Assembly (NCBI GenBank): GCA_032161105.1
Contig: JAVHTD010000001.1
Strand: one strand, 5' to 3'
Length of the DNA stretch: 64,000 nucleotides
Source of the DNA: Candidatus Thermosaccharophagus tengchongensis
Lineage (GTDB): Bacteria; Armatimonadota; Fervidibacteria; Fervidibacterales; Thermosaccharophagaceae
This document shows positions 58,634-64,000 of the stretch, piece after piece. A program made the position numbers and the translations under genes. The notes below the pieces were generated by a model. It did no database searches. It saw nothing but the letters and a program-made list of their open reading frames with translations, and had not been told where the DNA came from. The first letter of the stretch is position 1. Each line of letters opens with the position of its first letter.

Positions 58634-61360
58634 TTATTGCAACTCCCAAACTTCGTTTAAGGCGGGTGCGATGCATTTCCAACCGCGCACGGTTAGCATC
58701 TGCTGAAGTGCCGTTAATGCATTTACCTCGCCGTGCACAACGAATGTGCATCTTGGTGGTTGCCTGAAGGAACCAAGCCACCAGTCAAGATCTTCCTGAT
58801 CGGCATGCCCGCTTAGCGCCTCTATCTTTGCAACCAGCGCTTTCACTTCATGATGTTCTCCAAATATGCGCACGCTTTTCTCGCCGTCCAAGATTTGCCT
58901 TCCAAGAGTCCCCTGAGCCTGGTAACCAACGAAAAGTATCGTGCATCTTGGGTCGCCAATGTGGTGCTTGAGGTGATGTTTTATTCTCCCGCCAGTGCAC
59001 ATGCCATTTCCAGCGATGATGACGCATGGTTCATCAAGCGTGTTGAGCATCTTTGACTCCTCAACGGTTGAGAGCAGGTGCAAGCCTTCAAATGAGAGCG
59101 CCTTCCCATAACGCCTTAAGTCACCGAGCGCATCCTCATCGTAAAGTTCAATGTGGCGTTCAAAAACCCTGAGCGCCTCAATTGCCATTGGGCTATCAAC
59201 GAAGACGGGCAATGGTTTAACCGCGCCGCTCCTGAACAACTTGCCGAGCACATAAAGGACATCCTGAGCGCGCTCAATCGCGAATGTCGGGATCAGCAAT
59301 TTGCCGCCGAGTTCCCTCGTGCGCTCAATCACCTCGGTGAGCGTTTGCAGATAGGTCTCTTTACCCTCATGGATTTGCCCCGCATATGTTCCCTCGGTGA
59401 TGAGCACATCGCATTGGCTCACGAGCTCTGGGTCTCTGATGATTGGCGCATTGCGCCTGCCCAAGTCACCAGTGTAAACGAGCTTCACCTCAGCGCCGTT
59501 CAATCTGAGATTAAGCTCGGCTATTGCCGAACCAAGGATGTGCCCCGCCTCTCGCAGTGAGATTGAGACACTGCCAATGGTAACTTCCTCATGGTAGTCA
59601 ATCGGCTCAAAGCGCTCAATGCATCTAAGCGCCTCCTCGGTGGTGAAGAGCGGCGTCACCCATGAGTAATCCTCCCCAGCCTTCTTGAGGCGCTTTATCT
59701 TCCACGCGGCGTCCTCTTCGTTAAGCTTTGCGCTGTCAAGGAGCACGATTCGGGCGAGTTCGCAAGTTGCCCTTGTGGCAAGTATGCGCCCTTTAAACCC
59801 AGCCTTCACGAGCAGCGGCAATCTCCCGCAATGATCAAGATGTGCGTGTGTCAACAGGCATGCATCAACCCTTGAGGCATCAAATGGGAATGGCTCCCTG
59901 TTGCGGATGTGCCTCTCCTTGCCTCCCTGTATCAAGCCGCAGTCAAGCAGGAGGTGAGTATTTCCTGAAACAAGCAGGTGGCATGAACCTGTTACTTCCA
60001 TTGCAGCACCGCAGAATTGCAATTTTGCGCTGACGCCTTTCTGGCTGTGCGCGTGGGTGGACATGGGGAGTTTGTGGGCATCCTGAGCAGCTGGCTCTTT
60101 GCTCGGTCTTTGCTCGGTCTCATTCATTGCAGTGCTGCGATAACTCAGCAGGGCATAAGCGGCAGCTTTAAAAAGCTGCGGGATATAATTGCGCTGCTTA
60201 ATGAGCATCCAAACTGAAAGCGAGATGTAGGACATGGTGAACACCATCCTCATCATCCCAACAGATTGCGGATCGTGGAGCACCGCTGGCAATGAGAGTT
60301 GTGCGGCAAACAGGGTGAAGAGCAAAGCCGCTTCACCGATAGTTATGTCAAAGCTCATGAGGATGGCACACCCAAAGAGCGACTGCGCCGCTGTGAGCAA
60401 TATCTCGCTCCTTTGGAGTTCAACTAACGGGAGCGATTTTATGGCTCCGCTTGAGATGCTGTAGACGATTGGGAGCGAGCTGATGAGGAGCGTCCACTGG
60501 TTGAATTTCGCGGATATGACGGCGGTGAGCGCTGAAGCTGGCAAAGCGCGCAGGGCAAAATATGAGGCAACGATGAGCTCAGGGGCTTCGGAAGCTACAG
60601 GGGCAATCCATTGTATCATGAAGAACTCACCGATACCAAGTAGCTTGCCCAACTCCCTCAAGCTCTCGGAGAGTGGCTCAGCCGAGATGAATATGACAAA
60701 ACCGCTAAACGCAAACAGCAGGAGCACAAGTATATGCCTCAGGAGTGGCTTCATTGAGGCAATCAGTTGTGCTGGTCCGATGAGCTCAACATTTCCCTTT
60801 GGTGCGCGAGCAGCGAAGCTTATGTAGGCGCAATAAAGCCCAACCAGTATGAGTGCATCAAGCGGTGATATGGCTCTTCTGATTGGCAGCGTAAACGAGT
60901 AAAGCGTAGCCAAGCTGAGGAAGGAGATCTCAAGCGCCATGCCTCTGTCAAGCGGCACCGAGAAGCTTTTGATGCCCTTTAGGCGCTTCAATGAATGCCA
61001 AGCGAGCAGCGCCGTTAAAGACCAACCTATGCCTATTAGGAGCCTGTTACCGCCAGTCATGTTTGCGCACGCAAGCCCGATGTATTCGCTATTCCTACCG
61101 GCACGCCATGAAAGGTAAATGTCAACGGCGTATTCTGGCATAACTGTGATGAGCGAGAGCACAGCGAGCGACAGTGAGCGTGAGACATCAACTTGAGCCG
61201 CTTCAGCAGCCCATGAGATGGTAAGGGCAGCGCCAGCAATAGCTATCGCTGCCAATAGGGCGAGGTAGGCATGGGGCAAATGAATGTTGAAAAGACGCAC
61301 ATAGCACCCCGGCAGCGTTATGAGCAAAGCCGCGATCAACATGAATGTGTTGCGCCTCAT
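58634..61360 (-). CDS. Fusion of CaCA-type (Na+/Ca2+ exchanger family) antiporter and MBL-fold beta-CASP ribonuclease
   Basis: N-half multi-TM with alpha-repeat-like PEYAV and SEAPE; C-half GAAMEVTGS, THAHLDH, GHILGS, GDLG, SGHAD, VHGE. Confidence 0.85.
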   Translation of the reverse strand: MRRNTFMLIAALLITLPGCYVRLFNIHLPHAYLALLAAIAIAGAALTISWAAEAAQVDVSRSLSLAVLSLITVMPEYAVDIYLSWRAGRNSEYIGLACANMTGGNRLLIGIGWSLTALLAWHSLKRLKGIKSFSVPLDRGMALEISFLSLATLYSFTLPIRRAISPLDALILVGLYCAYISFAARAPKGNVELIGPAQLIASMKPLLRHILVLLLFAFSGFVIFISAEPLSESLRELGKLLGIGEFFMIQWIAPVASEAPELIVASYFALRALPASALTAVISAKFNQWTLLISSLPIVYSISSGAIKSLPLVELQRSEILLTAAQSLFGCAILMSFDITIGEAALLFTLFAAQLSLPAVLHDPQSVGMMRMVFTMSYISLSVWMLIKQRNYIPQLFKAAAYALLSYRSTAMNETEQRPSKEPAAQDAHKLPMSTHAHSQKGVSAKLQFCGAAMEVTGSCHLLVSGNTHLLLDCGLIQGGKERHIRNREPFPFDASRVDACLLTHAHLDHCGRLPLLVKAGFKGRILATRATCELARIVLLDSAKLNEEDAAWKIKRLKKAGEDYSWVTPLFTTEEALRCIERFEPIDYHEEVTIGSVSISLREAGHILGSAIAELNLRLNGAEVKLVYTGDLGRRNAPIIRDPELVSQCDVLITEGTYAGQIHEGKETYLQTLTEVIERTRELGGKLLIPTFAIERAQDVLYVLGKLFRSGAVKPLPVFVDSPMAIEALRVFERHIELYDEDALGDLRRYGKALSFEGLHLLSTVEESKMLNTLDEPCVIIAGNGMCTGGRIKHHLKHHIGDPRCTILFVGYQAQGTLGRQILDGEKSVRIFGEHHEVKALVAKIEALSGHADQEDLDWWLGSFRQPPRCTFVVHGEVNALTALQQMLTVRGWKCIAPALNEVWELQ

Positions 61361-61635
61361 CTGCGATCACCATGGATTTGCATTTCCAGTTTCCAGCCAA
61401 ACCCCACACCGCTCAAAGGATGACGAGATGGTATAGAGGCTGCCCGATTGAGAAAACAACTGTGGCGCACCAAATCGCATGCTCATGATAACACGGTATC
61501 GCTGTCGGCTCAAACTGCCGTTGACATTGCTTGGAGGGATTTTGGTGGCATCTCATTGCCTTTGCCATTAGACTTTGATAGCGATGCATTCTGTTGAATT
61601 CGGTTACTTCGCCGTGTTGAGGGAGGTGAAGGTGA

Positions 61636-63507
61636 ATGTCAACTTCATTGGTTGAAACCCCAAGGGCGAGGGGCTTTTGGGGTTGGGTGAGAAGCAGTGT
61701 GAGGCGAAGGTTCACATTTCAAGTCTTCCTCGCATCATCTGTAACCATGTCTGCATTCTTCATCGTCATGTTGCTCCTTCAACGCCACCTGTTAAATGCC
61801 GTCATCTCCTATGCTCCAGCGGATGTGATCTCGGGGATAAGCATGAAATTGGTCAGCGCCATGCTCCTTGGTATTGTGCTTGTCGTGCTCATTGTGACAC
61901 TTCTCGTTTGGGGCATGGCACAAGCCATTGCAAGCCCAGTTGAGGAAGTCGCAAAGCAGCTCTCTTCCATAGCACAGCATGGTGGTGACCTGACACAGGA
62001 GGTGCGAGTTCCGTCGGCTGATGAGATATGGCTGTTGGCTGAGGCATACAATGCTTCGGCGAGGAGTTGGCGCGAGCGTGTAAGGAGGGTAGCCCACACA
62101 GTGGGCGGGCTCGTCTCAGCCAGCAATGAAGTATCTCGGTCTGTTACGGAGACTTTGCACGCAAGTCAAGAGGTGGCGAGGATTGCGGGTGAATTGCTTG
62201 ACGGGGCTCAGAAGCAGCTGCAAAGCGTTGAATGGACATACGGGGGCGTTCGGCACATGCTGTCAACAATTGACGGTTTGATTTCGGATGCCGAGCGCCA
62301 AATAGCGCAAGCCGAAGACATGGCGGAGAATGTTAAGCGAACGCTCGCTTCAATTGATGACATCGCCGAAGGCGCTGAGGAGCAGCGCAATGCCATTGAA
62401 ATAGCAGCTGCCAAAGTGATGGAAGTGACGGAGTTAGCAGGTGAGGTTAGCAAAAGCGCTCAAGCTCAGGTTGAGAGCGTCTCCGATGTGACGCGCAGGA
62501 TAAAAGAGATGTCGGAAGCTATAGCGCGAGTTGTCTCAACATGCCAAAGGGTGACGGAGAGTTCAAATCAGGCGTTGTCCGTAGCTGAGCAGGGCTACAA
62601 AGCAGTTGATGAAACAGTTGAATCAATACTTCGGTTGCAAGATGGTGTTGGCGTTTGGGCAAAGGAAGTGATGGAGCTCGGGCAGGCAGTCGGACGCATC
62701 GGTGAGATACTCTCCGTCATTGAGGACATATCTGAGCAGACAAACCTCCTTGCGCTCAATGCCGCAATTGAAGCTGCAAGGGCTGGTGAGCATGGGCGCG
62801 GCTTTTCCGTTGTCGCAAGCGAAGTTAGGGGGTTAGCTGAGAGGGCGCATCAGGCAGTGAGGGAGATCGCCGAGCTAATAAGCACGATACGGAGTGAAGC
62901 TGAGGAAGCCGTCGTATCAATGCAGCAAGCCGTTACCCAAGTTGAGGAGGGCGTTGGGCTCGCGAAGCGAGCGGGCTTGGCGCTTCGTGAGATAGTTGAG
63001 GCTGTTAGGGGGACAGCCCGTCAAATGGATGAAATCACGCAAGCCGCCTCGGTGATGGAAAGAAGTGCCGAGATGGCTGTTAGCGCTATGGATAGCATTG
63101 CAACCGTTGCAAGGCAAAGCGCAGCAGGTATGCAAGTGATGTTATCTCACACGGCGGAGATAAGCGTTGCCATGCACAACATCGGTGAGATAGCGAAGCA
63201 GCATACCGATGCGGCGCAAGCCCTTAAGGCTGAGAGTGAGACGAGGATCAGCCAGATTGAAGGCATCGCCAAAATAGTTGAGCAGAATAAGGAAGCGATG
63301 GAAAGGATGCGCAAGATGGCATTAGAGGTGAATCAAGCCCTTGAGAGGGTGGCTCAAATTTCAAATCAGACAGCCGAGGGCGCAACACGCATCTCGGCAG
63401 CCACAAGGCAACAGGTGGAGGCGCTTGAAGGCATACAAGCTGCAGCCAATAATGTAGCTCAGATAGCGGCACACCTGCAAAGCTTCACCAGCCAGTTTAA
63501 AGTGTGA
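61636..63507 (+). CDS. Methyl-accepting chemotaxis protein
   Basis: Two TMs, HAMP (GDLTQ...DEI), [31 protein letters not shown]. Confidence 0.95.
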   Translation: MSTSLVETPRARGFWGWVRSSVRRRFTFQVFLASSVTMSAFFIVMLLLQRHLLNAVISYAPADVISGISMKLVSAMLLGIVLVVLIVTLLVWGMAQAIASPVEEVAKQLSSIAQHGGDLTQEVRVPSADEIWLLAEAYNASARSWRERVRRVAHTVGGLVSASNEVSRSVTETLHASQEVARIAGELLDGAQKQLQSVEWTYGGVRHMLSTIDGLISDAERQIAQAEDMAENVKRTLASIDDIAEGAEEQRNAIEIAAAKVMEVTELAGEVSKSAQAQVESVSDVTRRIKEMSEAIARVVSTCQRVTESSNQALSVAEQGYKAVDETVESILRLQDGVGVWAKEVMELGQAVGRIGEILSVIEDISEQTNLLALNAAIEAARAGEHGRGFSVVASEVRGLAERAHQAVREIAELISTIRSEAEEAVVSMQQAVTQVEEGVGLAKRAGLALREIVEAVRGTARQMDEITQAASVMERSAEMAVSAMDSIATVARQSAAGMQVMLSHTAEISVAMHNIGEIAKQHTDAAQALKAESETRISQIEGIAKIVEQNKEAMERMRKMALEVNQALERVAQISNQTAEGATRISAATRQQVEALEGIQAAANNVAQIAAHLQSFTSQFKV

Positions 63508-63525
63508 TGGAAAGGCACTTGAGCA

Positions 63526-64000
63526 ATGACGATGCCACAAGGTCAGTCAACGCAAGATCAAACGCCCGATAGGGGAATCGTCTCGGCTTCGGGATGCGTT
63601 TTTATGCTCTCGTTGAGTGCGCTCTCATTTGAGGTTGCCCTTACGCGCCTGTTCTCGGTGGTGCTTCATTATCATTTCAGCTTCCTATCCATATCGCTCT
63701 CACTTTGCGGGCTCGGCATCGGTGGCTATCTCGCTCATATCGTTAAGCGCAGCGGGAAAACTGATATTGCATCCCTGCCGATCATCCTCTCCCTTTATCC
63801 GATATGCCTCGTGCTTGTCCCTGTTGGGTTATTTCGCCTTCTGCTCCCAATCGGTGCTGCAATGGAAGGCGCTATGGCGATTATTTTCATCGTCGCCTCA
63901 TGCGGGCTGGTTGCCATGTTGCCATTTCTGTGCGTCGGATTCGCCTTAAGCGTTTTGTTTGAGCGACACCATCAAAGCAGTGGCATCCTGTATGCCGTTG
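63526..64000 (+). CDS. Membrane protein, 3'-truncated; resembles N-terminus of spermidine-synthase-like membrane fusion proteins
   Basis: Translates MTMPQ...LSFEVALTRLFSVVLHYHFSFLSISLSLCGLGIGG; runs off the window. Confidence 0.7.
   Translation, partial: MTMPQGQSTQDQTPDRGIVSASGCVFMLSLSALSFEVALTRLFSVVLHYHFSFLSISLSLCGLGIGGYLAHIVKRSGKTDIASLPIILSLYPICLVLVPVGLFRLLLPIGAAMEGAMAIIFIVASCGLVAMLPFLCVGFALSVLFERHHQSSGILYAV

Overview
Bacterial chromosome segment, most likely from Armatimonadota (inferred from three prepilin/H-X9-DG (DUF1559-type) paralogs, a PafA/proteasome pair and a Firmicutes/Actinobacteria-style division gene set). Contents: an AT-richer left end (5'-truncated hypothetical, orphan gatB, large secreted protein); a yggS-sepF-proC-yggT-divIVA operon; a GT-C glycosyltransferase; a histidine phosphatase and a SurA/PrsA-like foldase; a split cobalamin-dependent methionine synthase cluster with a RACo/RamA activator; a dcw cluster from mraZ to ftsA with no adjacent ftsZ; prcA-pafA; parA; comF; an MCP. 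Most unusual observations: (1) a complete stand-alone transcription unit (consensus promoter, structured leader, SD, terminator) encoding only the 17-aa peptide MAKKAAPKKKAAPKKKK behind an AT-rich region with iterated motifs; (2) one ORF fusing a CaCA-type cation antiporter to an MBL/beta-CASP ribonuclease; (3) two pilin-like genes that share an upstream module (90-bp palindromic REP-doublet cluster plus conserved leader) but have divergent bodies, one followed by a short pilin-helix remnant. No rRNA, tRNA, CRISPR array or transposase was recognised. All calls come from reading the sequence; no searches were run.
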